Positions 13,801 through 28,711 are shown, numbered from the stretch's first letter. The stretch: DNA of 64,000 nucleotides from Lingula anatina (GCA_051362555.1 CM120641.1:33486401-33550400); one strand, 5' to 3'. The notes: a model not told the origin generated them from the sequence alone. Translations and numbers: made by a program.

Positions 13801-16800
13801 TTAAACATAAATTTGTTTGTCAGCATCTGTATTGACATAATCACCCTGCTTGGTGTTGTTGTTATGGAGTCAGTGCTGACGTCCTAGCGTAATCGACTTC
13901 ATAATTGCACTAACGTTTCTACTTTCGTCATAATCGCATAAACGTTTTGCTTTCATCATAATCGCATATAAACGTTTTGCTTTCATCACAATCGCATATA
14001 AACGTTTTGCTTTCGTCATAATCGCATAAACGTTTTGCTTTCATCATAATCGCATATAAACGTTTTGCTTTCATCATAATCGCATAAACGTTTTGCTTTC
14101 ATCACAATCGCATAAACGTTTTGATTTCGTCATAATCGCATAAACGTTTCTGCTTTCGTCATAATTGCATTAACGTTTCTGCTTTCGTCATAATCGTATA
14201 AACGTTTCTGCAAACAAGAGCACCGCATTGTCGCTGTTACTGTGGCGTTGCGAATTTTTTCATTTTTGCATTCTGACTCCAGACATGTAAGTAACGTTAG
14301 ACCTATAGATCTAACTATGCCTTGACCATTGTATAGATTTCCTTTTTTCCAAATAAACGATTAACTTTGAAATCAATATAAAATAATGTTGAATTCTCAT
14401 TCCATTAATAATCTAATTTATATTTTCGCTTGTAGCTGAAATAAAAACGCCAACAAAAATACATTTTAACAGATACAGTTTAATATCCCAATTACATTTT
14501 TATAAGTAATTATCATGAAATTTAATTATGATTTTGGTGGCAATTTCAGGAAGAACGCGTTTTTCGTTTTTGGTTCCGAGATGGTGTCAACGAAGCGTCC
14601 CAAGTCGCGACAGCTGAGAAGTTCTTCCAAGAAGTGTGTGATCCTGAGGAGTTTCCACGAGGTGAGAAGACCCAATAAATATAGGCCTACAAAGGACATT
14701 GGTGTTGAACAATTTTGAACATTTTTTTCGTGATTCCAGCTCAAATGAATAGCTTAGTCGTTGTGTAAGTTTCAATTAATTACATGCCAGTTGGAAACGC
14801 TCATGACGGTAGTGATTTGTTTCATCAACTTTTTTTCGCGCGTCACTGCTGTCACGGCGGCAAATATAACTATTTATGTGACCAAATATGTTTGCTGCTA
14901 GATGTAATCATTTTTAACATTTTTTCAACAGATTACACAAGTTTCTCTCGTCGGGTTCTGCTTCTCACACGTAAATTCCTCATGATCCGTAAGGTGGAGC
15001 TGGAGTTGATCCCCGTGAACGAAGAATCTGCTCTTAGCGACTCCAGCTACATGCACCAACAGGAGGTCTTGGTGGCCACCACGATGTCCACCCTATCCAC
15101 GGAGGACGCTGGGAGATCGGGACGTAAAGGGGCAGGTGTTCGGAGAGGGCCTTCCTTTAAGAAACTGGTGAAAGGGCCTTCGTTTAGAGGTACGTCATCA
15201 TCACCACCATCATCATTATCTTCATCAACATCATCATCATCATCATCATTTAGATTTCAATTCAATTCAATTCAATTTATTAAACCTTTAAGCCCTACGG
15301 CTCATCAGAATATAAAACAGTGACAATATAAAGTTATATCTAATCAACTACCATGACTACAATAACTACTACTGATACAAACAATAATAATAATAATAAT
15401 AATAATAATTCATCAGATTGACATTAATCATCATCATCATCATCATTTAGATTTCATTGTTCTACTTTTGGACAAAGGACAAATATGCTTCTTTCAGTGT
15501 ATTTTGTCTTCGGACGACATGTACATGTGTAATTACCTGGTAGTTATTATGAAAGCATTCTCACATTCTTTAAAAAGGTGTAGCGAATTGAAGCTCGTCC
15601 TTTTTTCAAATGTATACATGTATTTGCTTAACTGCAGGGTGTAAGGGGATTGGCACGCTTATATTTTTGCCATTGATTTAATCTTATTTTCTCTTGATTT
15701 CAAAAATAGAAAAGCTGACTCCATCGAAGAGAGGGCGCGTGTTAATATGGATTGCCAAGAAACAGAAAGTACTCAATATTCTGGAAAACGCTTTTCCAAA
15801 CTCTCTTGCTGCTGAGGAGCTAGTCAGGTACAAGTTTACTTAAAAGCATCTTAACGGGCCCATCTCCTACATGACTATCACATAGTTTACAGCAAATTGT
15901 GACTAAAATAAAACTTGGAATTTAATCAAAATATCCGCAGTATACGGTCAATCTATCCTTTTTTTCATTGTGATATCTCTCATTTATTTAATGTTTTGTA
16001 TTCAGAATCGCTGGTTTTCGTTCCCAAGACTTGTTATCTGTGTCGGTGATTCTGAAAGGTCTCCAGTCCAAAGGTTTAATCTCTGAAGTCGCCTCTGGAA
16101 GCTGGATGAGGATACCCACTAGCACAGAGGAACATGGGCAGACTCATGGTAATGGACATAGTGAAGTAAAGCAGTTGTATCTGAAAAGTAGTAAAATGTG
16201 ATTTTGAAATTATCACGACAGGTGTCGCATTTTTGGATGAGCCTATAAGCGTACTGACTCGTGTAAATTTTTTCTTTAATTTTCAAATGACAAAACATTG
16301 CGTCAATCGCAGCGCATTTCCTCGTTTACTGACATTATATTAGGGCAATACAGAAAGCTGTTGCATTTCAGACATAAAGCCTAGTTATATTGCCGCAAGT
16401 GGGATATTGAAATACATTTATCCAATATGTCGATATGCCCCTTATCTAGTCCACTGCTACTTGTCAAATGTAACACAATGACAGATTAACATGCACATGC
16501 ACCTTCTGGCACAAGCCACACCTACTGCAATATTGCTTCAAGAACAGTCATGTTTATTTACCGTTTTCTTTTAGAAATCAAGGTGGTAAAGAATCTCCCT
16601 CAGTTGTCTGGCAGCGAACAGCCAACTATCGCTATTGTTACTTTACTTTACTGTGAAAAACTCGCCGTGGACGCCATGATGGATAGAAAGACAACATACG
16701 TGCGCTTTAAGACTGAAGGTAAAGACGATAGTTTGATTCACTTAATTATAACGTGTCCGACAAACCAAAACGCTATGAAATTAATGGATTAAAATAACCA

Positions 16801-18084
16801 AAACTCACAATTGAGTGATTTGTGGACTGTAAATGACAGGTGATGATATAGTGTTGTATTAAAGAAAAAGGAAAGTAATTATTGCATTTTAATTGGTTAA
16901 TTTCTGTATATGTCAGAAGGGATGCATCCATTTGGATCATGGTCTCAGACACAGACTTATGTTTATTAAAATAAAATTCGGTTTCAATTTTTTTCAAGAA
17001 AAAATAGTACCCATGCATTTGTTCACTGTTTTACATTCTCCTATGATGTTCTAGGTGAATCTCTTGTGTATACAGTTGGAATGATAGGCCCACATAAAGT
17101 GGTGTCCACCAAACTCGCCAGGGTGGGGAGCGGCAAAGGTGCCATGATTTCAGCTGGAAACGTTATTACTAGACTTTCAGGTAAGACATGACTCAAATGC
17201 ATTCTTTTTTCAAGGTAGAAATTTTATCATTATCCACTCATAACGATAACTAGCAGGTGTAACCTTTTCATTATAGGGCTATAGTTACTTTTTTCTCATA
17301 AAAACATACCGTCTTTACTCCATAAGACAAACACACATGTTGCGGTCACATTTTAGGAACATTCAATAAAGTCGAGCACGTTCTACTCGTGGGTTGCGGA
17401 GGTGGCGTCCCCGACTACAACGACTACTCCAAGCACACACGCCTCGGCGACGTGGTCATCTCTCAGGCCGAGAACTCCGGGGACGTGGTTTATATGTACT
17501 GTCAGACACCGGATAAAGGCATGTCTTTCGATACAAGAGGGTACGCGCCGAGCGACCCAACAATTCACGAAGTCATCAACAGACTGCGGAATAAGTACGA
17601 GAACGACCCCTTCTACGGTCGCCCATGGGAGGCCTACATGGACGACGCACTGCGCGGGTTGGGTGATGAGGGATCGCGTTTCGAAAAGCCACCTTCAAAG
17701 ACGGACAGACTATACAAAGTGGTTGACGCTAACCAGATTGTTGAGGTGGAGCATCCCACGGCCCCTGACAGCGTCGACGGCGCTCCGAAACTTAACCTCC
17801 GCTACGGGCTGATCGCGTGTGGAAATACCATCACGCGACGCGATGACATACGCCAGGAGTTCGCTGTGGCTAACAACATTAAGGCCTACGACTGCGACTT
17901 CCAAGCGGTATTCGACTCCATCGAAGGGAACCGTAAGGACAGCTTTGTTGTCATCCGTGGCATAGCGGACTACGTTGATGGGTCCAGGAAAAAGGATTGG
18001 CAACCTTACAGTTCTCTAGCTGCAGCTGCGTACATGAAGGCTTTGATACTGTCATTCCCGTATGACGAACCTCTAACACCTTAA
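7820..18084 (+). CDS. Winged-helix + purine nucleoside phosphorylase (PNP_UDP_1/Pfs-like) domain protein, 10 exons, ~606 aa
   Basis: Exons: 7820-7862, 12190-12333, 12746-12837, 13004-13028 (microexon), 14932-15189, 15710-15827, 16006-16148, 16575-16718, 17055-17180, 17357-18084. Introns are GT-AG, total 1821 nt. HTH-like segment VLNILENAFPNSLAAEELVR...ILKGLQSKGLISEVASGSWMR. PNP-fold motifs VLLVGCGGGVP, RLGDVVIS and VVIRGIADYVDG..KDWQPYSSLAAAAYMKALI. The first exon and the microexon are the least certain parts. Confidence 0.85.
13908..14210. repeat. Minisatellite, ~26-28 bp unit (aacgttttgctttcatcataatcgcata[ta]), ~11 copies, intronic
   Basis: Directly visible tandem units with small indels. 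Confidence 0.9.
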
Positions 18085-20916
18085 GATGCTCTCATGGTGG
18101 AAAAACCAATAAAGAAACATTCCTATGAACTTGCCTAACCGAATCAGTCCTGTGATTAGGTGCAGATTCGGTCGAATGTGAAAATTAATATTTCGTTACT
18201 GCTTCTAGCCTGTTTTGTCTAAATGCTAAATTTGTAGGCATGTTTTATGTTTTATGTTGTTCTCGTTCTGGTTGAAAGGTGAGAGTCAGGGAAGACTAAA
18301 AATAATCTCTGCCACTTATACTCTGCGTCCATATAAACTGTGCGTTATATCTGAATGTTGAAATTTAAATTATTTTATGGATCATGATGAAAATATTTCC
18401 CGGGACAACATATATATATATATTCGCTCACTCCTAATCGTTACAGTGTGTTAGGTATTTTATAAACGCTTTAAAAGCTATGCTTTCTTCATGAGTCTAC
18501 AATGGCAGCTTTTATTATTTTAATATGGTTGCTAGAGTTTTATCAAATAGGTAAGACTTACGAAAGTGAATACAATTGTATTAGTGCCTTAAATGTCTTT
18601 CAGGAGGAAGACTTATTTAGATGTATATTTGTATCTTTTGAAATATTTCATCTGAATAGCTTCTGCGATTCCCCTCGTGCTTATGCTAATCATCGACCAT
18701 AGTGGAAATAAAAGCTTAAGATAAATGCTTCTTTCTGCGAATTTTACTGAGTCTGTGTACCTTCATGTTTACGATGAACGCAGCATTAAATTTTGACGAT
18801 TTCTATATCAACCGTCATCTATTACAGTAACTTAATATACTGCATTTCAAAACTCTATGAGGAGGGTGTGTCTGTGGAAGGGTTTTCTATAGCTGTGAAT
18901 TGGTGGCTTAAGGGTATTATGTGAATTAAGGGGAACTATGAAATGTTTATCACTCGTGTCAATGAAGTTTTTTTTTCTCAGTACAGGCTTAACAAAAACC
19001 CGCGGGTTCGTCTAGCAATCGCCGAATAAACGATCAATGGTACGACTGTAAAAAATACTTGTCGTTTCTTTAATTAATAGCTACACACGCGCGCGCGCGC
19101 AATATTTCGTTTTCTACACACTTAAACTTGATATATCGAATCATTTCGAAAATAGTGCGACAGTAGAGCACGTGTGCCAGCTTTGACCATGGAAATATAT
19201 CGTCTACGATATACTTCTATGCTTTGACTAAATGAGTGTGTTCAGGTGTTCAGTTGGGCTAGATGGTCTAAATTAATATTATTATAGGGGCCACTTTACC
19301 GACTTTAAGCGTTTAATAGAGTCAAGAATATATAGGAATCCAAGAGGGAAATGCACTGTAGACCGTGCTATTGAAAACTGCTTCCCCAATTTCCGAGGAC
19401 ATTAGAAACTCACTTCTTTTCTGTTACATGTCAGGGTGTTATTTAATTACACGTATGGAAGCTCTGAGATATACATGGCCCGCATTCACCATGTACAAAT
19501 GAATGATGAGAAATCGTTACATTATTCCTAAAATGTAAATTTTCCTTTAAGTTCCGTAACGTGATCAAAGGGCGATGTAATAGTAACGTATTAATCTTTT
19601 TGGATGAAGTGTCATTTATAAACTTTTATCCATCTCCAGGGCATCTATAAATGCAATCCTTAAGGTAATACGTGAATTCATTGAAAAGTAATGACATTTC
19701 GGCACTTTTTAGTATTACTTGATCAGCAGAAATGCAACTTGCAAACATTAATTTGGATCAGGCTTCTTACCACTACATCCAATGAACATTTAGCGGTTAT
19801 ATCTTGAATTGGTTAAGACTTATGGTCTTAATTTATTGTGATATTTTCTAATTTAAGATAAAAAAGGCAAAACAACCTGGCTTGATCTTGAATAAAGCTT
19901 TATTTATTAACATCTATTTTTTTTTGCAAGAGTCATTTGCAACTGTCAAATTTGCTTTAAAGGACTTAGGTAAACACCACTACAATGTTTTCTATTGTAC
20001 TAATGCCCTTCTTAAACTTCTAACCAGAAAAAAGGTATATATCTGAAAGGGTAGTGCAGTATGCTGCTACACCAATTCAGTGGCATGTAAACTAAAAAAT
20101 AATAAACAGCTATTTACTTGAATTGCCACCAACATCTATGGTGCTGATGAAACAAGGAGAAATGAGAGCACCATTTAATTTTGAATCAAAATTGACCATT
20201 TTGAATCAAAATTTATCTCAAAACCAACAAAACATTTATATTGTGATAAACACTTATTAAAAATCAACAAAAAATACACTAGTATATCATTTCTACAAAA
20301 ACATACAGAGTCACATGGATGTGTTCTTTACCTCATGAGTTTTAAATGCCACAGAGATAATCTGACAAATGCAAATGAACGTTTTGATGAAATGCATTCA
20401 AGCAACTTAAATATAATTTTGGCAGTAGCTTACAAGGTGAACTTTCAGAACTTACTCTCAAGCTCTAGTGCAAGTTGTGCAAAGATTTTCAATATATTGT
20501 TGTGACTAGAATACAAACATCATCAAAAAGAAGACAATGTTTTAAAATAAGCCTTGAGCAATTATTCATCAGCTTCTATTTGATTTTTTTTTTTCATTCT
20601 AATTAACATGGTAATAACTGGCAAGTGAGCTGATGTACCTTAACCTATGCACAGGGCTATCAGCAGAGAAAAAAAAAAGGTTGGCCTTTCTGCAGTGCGA
20701 GATTTGAGGTGGTGATAGGAAAGCCAAAGATTTGCGAGCCCCAGATATGGAGATGATTAGCCAGCTGACAGCAGTTTAAGTTGTTTATACCAATATCTTT
20801 CATACGTTAGCACATAAACATAAATATAGGTGCTATTACACATGAATTTTTGTGCTAGCTGCATGCAACTTAAGTGAGCAAAAACATCCTAGACTTTTAA
20901 GACTTTTAGAGCCCTG

Positions 20917-21073
20917 TCAGAACAGTGGACAAACAGATCCGCGGATCAAATATGGCCAACCCATTTGAATGCACGCTGCGTAATCCCCGCAGGAAATCTA
21001 TTCAGTGTCTAATCGGGAATTAAGCGGCAAACTTTTTGGTGGGTTGCCATATTGGATCACTCCGCTGTTCTGA
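20917..21073. mobile_element. Degenerate MITE / imperfect inverted repeat, probably within the MCT 3' UTR
   Basis: tcagaacagtgga...gatcaaatatggccaaccca pairs with tgggttgccatattggatc...tccgctgttctga. Confidence 0.5.
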
Positions 21074-22226
21074 ACGCAGTCTTAAGCAGCTGTGCAATCA
21101 GTCATATCTACCTGGAGCAGCACCAGTATCAACATGTGGTCGAACATTATAAAATGGGGATTTCATACTTGTCAATAAATCAAGAAGTAATGAGAGAAAT
21201 AAACTGTGAATATAACCACAGGTTTGTAGTTACCCACCGAGTTTGTTTGGTGAAACGACTCAGAAAAGGTCATAACAGATTTAGGGTGAATATAATCAAT
21301 CATTCTCCTCTAAACACTATAATATCTACTCAACTGGGAACTAAATTTCAAATTTTGGCAAGAAAAATGTTACCATCAGCATATAAACAACAGTATCACC
21401 AAGCTATGTAAGTGGCACTGTAAAAGAAGAATATTGGCTGGCTGGAAATAGATTGTAAATATTTAAAAATTAAAAAAAAAATTCAATCAGTTGTCATAAC
21501 ACACAAAAAGAAGAACAAAAAGAAAAGGCAGAGTTGATCAATACTGGCTTATAATAATTAAATATATACTAATAAAATGTTTATGTTTATACTTCTTATA
21601 AAGAAATTAATTGCTTAACCCTTTCTTAGTCTGACACTTATCAGGACTATTATAAAAAATGCACCAGACTTTCCAGATAATACATCAAAAGCCTTTGCTG
21701 AACAAAACTGCAGTTCCTGTGAAACAAAAAGGTCACCTGCCATTAGGTGAATATTCAAATCTTGATCGATAGGTTACTTGTTCAGATAAACAGTTTTTTT
21801 TTTCTCAATATCCCTGTATCAGTCAAGTCACTGCTCTTTATGTTATATTACACTTCTGTGGCCCCAACTTGGTTGCACCAATGGCATTCACTCATTAATA
21901 CGAGTAGCTTTGAACTTGTACTAGCCATCCAGATCTAGAACTTTTTAACAGGTTGGGAACACACATGGCTTAGTATATATCATCAGAGCTTCTATGTCTT
22001 CATACAAAGTTGAACAGCTGGTTCAACTAACCCAGTCCTCCTCAGTGGCTCCACCTAAGATTGGTCATTTGAAACAATAATTGCTAACTTTGATCTCAGA
22101 TATAACCCTATTCTACATTGCCAATCCAAAATATGACCCAGGTTTAATCAGATCTATATCAATGTATATTTCAAGTTAATTTCAGGACTGATTAATCTAT
22201 AAGGAAAACCAATATATATGACATTA

Positions 22227-25200
22227 CTATAGCACAGTTTCCCTAGCTGTCACCACAACGTCATTAGTATTGGGACTGTCTTTGTTTGTGGCTCCCCCTT
22301 CTTCAACTCCTTCGCCATCTTTTCCCTTCCTGCTCCACTTGGCGCAGAGTATCAGCAGTGGCAAGACCCCCGCCAGGATAATGACGGCACCAAATAGGAA
22401 GAAAGAGAAATCGAAGCTTCCAGTTGTGTCTGTAAAATAACCTGAAAATAAAGAAAGAAGTTGAAAGATCTTGTGAAGGCATTGTTATGACACGGACAGT
22501 CAGTTATGCATCCTGCTTTGGAGAGTGGGTTAAGAGAGGTTACCATTTGCATACATACTGCATATACGCATAATCTCCCCCTCCCCCTTCTTATTACTTT
22601 ACTTTTCAATTGAAAATCATCCATTCACAGAATTGCATGTAGGCATACTTCATTTTAAAACTGATATCGATTATAAGATTACTTATGTCGGAAACTATGT
22701 CACAGTGTCACACTGCTTCACAGCCATCACCCCACACATAATTGTACCTCAAATTGGGGTTTTTACTATTGTATGGTATTGCCTCTGGCACATTTAACTT
22801 TACTTAATAGCTTTTGAGCCATCCCTGTTAAGATCCCATTCACATTATATACTAGTCCAAAAAAGTAATGCCAGAATTAAGTGGTTCGGAGTTCCACCTG
22901 TAATCTTAGGAAAGCAGGGTAATTCTTATTTTACATGACACTCTGTTCTCAGACTCTTTCTACAGGGTGTCCCGAAAAAATGGACACACTATCTGACTAC
23001 GTACCTTGACTAATGAAAGTTTACTGTTAAGTCACGTTCTTTTGTTGTTCTACAATATAGTCTTTTGTGACCTTAAGGGGGTTTGATATGTTATGTTTTT
23101 GACAAAATAGCTTTTCCCCTATTTCTTTTATGTGAAATACTTATCAGGAATTTAGCACAATAAATATAAACACTTTCTGGGTACAAATTCCATTTTCTGT
23201 TCCTTTATTCACCACCTTACATGCTTCTGCATGTAGGGTGGACAAAAATCAATCAACAAATTTGCTGCTTTTGTAAATGGGTGTGAGATATAGTAATCAG
23301 TTTCCAATGTAACTGTCACTAAGTCAGACATTATCATGAATACTGGCATGATGCACTAAATATTTTATATTATTCCATAGCTAAATTACATTGCTGATAG
23401 CCATAAAATACAGATTCAGGGAAATGCACAAAGAAACTCATTTACAAAATAATATACACTGGGATTGAACTGCATTTTGCAGATCTTTCTACAAATGGAG
23501 GGCAGAGTAAGCCCAGCAGGTAATCAAAATATCTAAGCCATGCAGGTTGAAGTTAATTGAATTCCAGGAAAATATTCCAAGTGACTACCCCCATACAAAC
23601 CAGAAACTCCAGAATTGGCAAGCAGCAGTCAAGGGGTGACTTACAATTTCTGCTAAAAATAAAATTTAATTTACCATGGAACATGTTGTGACCAGTGCCT
23701 CATATGTTTTGTATAGGCTATTAAGGTTATCAGAAAAAAATGACAAAAAAATTTTATTTTGGAATTTTACAAGCAATATTGGATCTAACATAACGGGACA
23801 TGTATTGGATGCCTGTATCTTTACCATGTGAAAATAGCCATTTTTAAAGTGGGAATCAAATGTATAATTTCTAAAGGATTAAATGTTTTAATGGATATAA
23901 GCACACGTAATCTAAAAATAAATAAGAAAATTTAAGGTACAATAGGTCCCTTTCACAAAATACCATGTTTAATGCAATGTTTACGTAGCTTTTCACAATA
24001 TTATGCCTGCAACTACTGCTATAATTACTATGTGACATATCTTATAACATACGGATAATATACCATAAGAAGCAGCAATTAACAAGTATGTATACATAAC
24101 TCACATATACACATATCACAACACATATACACATTCACATGACATGCACTACTCACCCTGAATTCCTTTAATATACATACTGCCTACTTCTAGATTCTTC
24201 TAGTTACACATATACTCTGGCTAGTGTATATTCATAATGTTGTTAAAAGCACTCCAAAGCAGGCAGGCGTTCTTAACTCGTAGACAGCAATGCCTAGCCC
24301 TAAACCACTGTGCGCTTCTCAAGTTGTCTGAATATACAGGAGGTACGGCACACAAAACTCATGACTTTTCAACTTCAACACAGCTCTGCTGATTTGAAAA
24401 TGTAGACGGTGATGTACTACAGCTCTTTGCCTAACCGCACTAAAGAGAGCTCCACTGAGGACTGCCTACACAAAGCTGGTTTGTATTGCTAATATAAAGA
24501 AATGCCATTCAACTCTTTGCCTTTCCCTGTAATTACAGCCAGGTTAAAATCATCTCATTGTGATGTTTATCACACTACAGGTAAATGCCTGATGTGTTAT
24601 CAGCATATAATATTTCACCACTAAACACTTAGGCTCTGTAAAATATAAAAGTACTGGAAGGCTCTATTTTATTCCAGTTATTCTATTCTAATCTGTTGGA
24701 GCAAATAATGGCAGTGTGAACCTGGGCTTTTAGCCTATTAGCTCACATATTCAAATTAAAATGACTAAGTTGAGACAAGTCACTAAGAAACAGGCAAAAT
24801 ATGTATATCCGCTCTTCCAAGATTTATATACATGTTGTGTGGGCCCAGATTTCAATAACTCTTTAATTTTCATTATAAATAACACAGTTTATTTTAAAAA
24901 AAACTATAAAAAGACAACATCCACATATAAATCTAAAATAAATGTTCTTGTCAGTATACATCAGGATTGAATTAAAGATAGAAACTGCTTCTCAAAAGGA
25001 AAAAATGTTTTACTTTATCACGCAGTTAAAAGCCAGAATGTGTGCTTTCATATCTTATCTAAAACCATTATGACTTAATTCTACTTTGATTTTGCCCACA
25101 TGTAAGAAAATGTGACATTAAGATTTGTAATTTATCAAATTTTTCACCTAGTCTAATAAAGAAAAAATAATGGAAATTGACAGTTTAAAATTGGTAAAAT

Positions 25201-28200
25201 ATGCCCACATTCAATGTAATAATTCCACTAATGCCAATAAGATAATCTTATTCTTTTCCTGTTATTTTGAAATATCTTCAAATGCCAAATTTGCCACTGT
25301 CTCCAGTAACAGACACATTCCTTGGCCTGTAGCTATTTATGCACCTGAATGCAAGTAAGAAAAGAAAACAAAATAAAAAATGTAACATATTAAGCTGTTC
25401 ACCTCATGATAGTTAACACATCTGTTTATATAAGAAACTGAAACCAATCAAATACATTTCCTCAATAAATAAACACCTGATAAAAATACACACACATGCA
25501 CGCACGCACGCACACATAAACATTAGTATTCATTCCAAATTGCCATTGCATTGCAAAACATCTCTGGATGATTTGAATTGTTGTGTAAAATATTTCAGAC
25601 CCTAAAACAAAACAAGAGTTAAGTAAATTAAGCTATGTAAATGTCTTTCTGTTTTTTCTGAGCCCAAGATTAGCAGAACAACTTAGTGAGCCCAGTAGTT
25701 ATAGACTGATGCATCGAGGGAGTAAGAGAACAACTTGACATTTAAGCAGCAGGACACAACTTGGTGAAACATCAATTCAATTATGCCTCAAGTCTAACCT
25801 TAGACATGTCCTGCATCTAAATCAGGAAAAAAAAAACGACTTTCTCGTATATGAAGATAATTCCTCTTAATCTGGAATTTCAAACAAAAAAAAAAAAAAA
25901 TCCTTAAAAATAGGCACATACATGTCAGTTCTCTTCATCAAGAAGCAAAGACCAGCCAGACAGCCAAACAGACAGGTAGACATACAGTAGAAACATTTAA
26001 GGTTGTGAACATTTCTGCAGGCACCTGAATGTATTAGGTGTCTAACTGACCAAACCCATTGCAGCTTGGTGTACACAGTATTAAAGATGCGCTAGTTGTG
26101 ATTAGCTGTCAATTCTACCATAATAACAAAAAATCAAGTTTATCTCTCTATTTCACTTGTAAACCAAAAATGATAAGAATGTATATAATACCAGGCACTA
26201 TCACTTGAGAACTTTAAAAATGTAAACAACAGCAAAAGCATTATGAAAAAGGTTTTTCATGGCCTTTAAATAAGAGGAGCTATTCTTGATTTAGAAACTA
26301 AAAAACAAGAGTCAGACACTACATTTTGACCACATATGGTGGCAAAAGGAAAACAAATCTGAAATATACATCTCTTTTTGACCCAAATGACACATTAAAT
26401 AACAACATGCTCTACATGGAGGCATAGAAACAAAATATACCAGCAGATTTGCTTATTTTTTGCTTCTCATTCTACATGCCTAAAAACAAAATAAACATTA
26501 AAATAACACTCCCTCACCTGCTATGGGTGGCCCTATTAGGTTAGCCATTCCCTGTCCAAGCATGATCAGGCCATAAGCATTGGTCAGTTTGTCCAGGGTG
26601 AGGAGCTCCACAATGACCACTGACTCCAGACAGTAGTTAGCTGACAAAAGGAACCCAAACAGCCCTATCATCACACACATGCCCTCATATGTGTTCACTG
26701 TGGGAATCAGCATCACGGCAACTCCACAGCCAATCACAGACAAGCCGTATAGGAGAAGAATGTTGATGCATTGGTGGTCACCAAGGTAACCATAAACAAG
26801 CTGTCCAACCATGCTGACAATGCCGACCACTGAGATGATGAAGGATGCCTAGAATAATCAATAATATAGTTCTTTATTAACATTTCACTTATTTTTTAAG
26901 TAGAAACATTCAAATTAATACTTATATCTTTAAAGCCAATAACTAACTTACTGGGTTAACTGGGTACATAGTTCTATTCATATGGAAGTGTATTTCCTTT
27001 TTTTCTCCTCATCTATGACAATAATAACAACCTTGAATGGCCTGAAAGATAATTGAAGAAAAAAGGCATTTATATCAAAATTATCTGGAAGTTAACCACC
27101 TACCTTGTTGTTGTCGTATCCCAAATGCAAAGCCCTTTCCACAGAATACATGTACGGAATGTCGTAGCCAAGGTACAGGAACACATTGGAGAAGAAAAAC
27201 AACAAAAAATATGGATTCTTCACCAAACTCACATCTGTCATTTCACGAACAATGTTCCTGACCCCCTTTGATAGCCTGACGAGTTGTAAGAGTCCACAAG
27301 TGTCCCATATATCTGTATCTGAAGAGGAACTTGATGAGGACGCTGGATGCTTCAGGAAGATATCAGGGCAGCTGGTGGCCTTGAATTTGACTTTGTGTAC
27401 CTGAGGCATATTACCTGGAGTACGTATAAGTGACCCCCGATAAAATGTATCCTTTTTGAAAACCTGAGCACTCTCAGTTACAGGAATACAACTTGGGGCA
27501 AGTTTGGTGTTCTTTTTGCCATGACGCTTTTTCCATACACGATTCTCAGCTGTGTTTTTCTTTTTGTGCTTTTTATAATGACCATGATTTAGGACATTAA
27601 CATTATTTTTAGGTAAGCCAGGTCTATCTGCTATCTCAGTCATTTCATCAGTATTTTCAACCATATCTTCTAAGTCAAAATCTACTGCTTCATCTGGCAG
27701 TGCACTCAGACTTTTACATTCACGCGGAAGATGTACATCTTTCAACCATGGCAACACCTTGGCATCAACAGCATGGTTTCTGGGATGCTGCAATGGAATA
27801 GAAGGTCCATCTTGGTCTGGGGCCTGAGTCACTATAATTTGCACTGTGGTATTATGATGCATCTGCTTTCCGTCATGGATTGCCGTTGACAAACAATCCA
27901 ATGAGCCTGTCTTGGACATATTCCCTGGTGTTTTGTTTCCATGTTGCACGTTGTGTACAGAAGCTGAAAACTTCTCCAAAGTGTGAAGGTACCTGTACCT
28001 CTTTTTTTCTCTCTTGCTGAGTAATGGCCTAAAGAGGGCACCACATATGCACATATTCAACATAATTCCACCAATCAACAGAGATGTTCCCTGCCAACCA
28101 TATTCGTTGATCAGATATTCCGTGAGAGGAGCAAAAATGAAAGTTCCAATACCACTACCACTAACGGCCAACCCTGTTGCAAATGCTCGCCTGTCTTCAA

Positions 28201-28711
28201 AATAATTTGCAATTACAACAATTGCAGGTACATATACCATGGATAATCCAATGCCAGATATTACACCATATGTGAAGAATAACACATCCATAGATTCGAC
28301 AAAGTAGCTCAATATCATGCCGGTTGCCCCCATAATAGCTCCAACTATAGTTGTAATTCTACATCCAAAACGGCTTGTCATGGCTCCCCCTAGTGGTCCA
28401 CAGAGAAGTGGAATGCCAACATAGAGGGAGCCTATAAGTGATGTCTTGGTGTTGCTCTCTTGGAAGTAGTCCATGAACTCTGCATACAGCACACCAAATG
28501 TGAAGGCACTTCCATCAGCTATCAAGTGGATGATGAAAGAAGCAAAGGTTATCACCCATCCCCACCCTCCATCTGGGGGATCCGGTGTGGGGTAAGTCCA
28601 AGAGGAGGAGGAAGAAGAAGAAGATGAAGACGATGACGATGAAGAGTGAGTACTATGCACACTTCTATTGCTATCTCGACAACCTCCCTTCTGATTGTGA
28701 GCCAAGCTCAT
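22227..28711 (-). CDS. Monocarboxylate transporter (SLC16/MCT family, MFS), 3 coding exons, ~717 aa
   Basis: Exons: 28711-27104, 26848-26518, 22441-22227; total 2154 nt. SLC16 signatures PPDGGWGWVI and YFEDRRAFATGLAVSGSGIG, a large cytoplasmic loop, and LIGPPIAG before the last TM helix. The subfamily cannot be assigned by eye. Confidence 0.93.

Noticed and set aside
21052-21411. 119-aa ORF and the other short ORFs in introns and UTRs
   Set aside because: They have no motifs, non-ATG starts or low-complexity AT-rich composition, and no splice context.
22962-22990. Tc1/mariner-like terminus (tacagggtgtcccgaaaaaa); a similar fragment lies near 35887
   Set aside because: No partner TIR or transposase was found, and it is too short to call an element.
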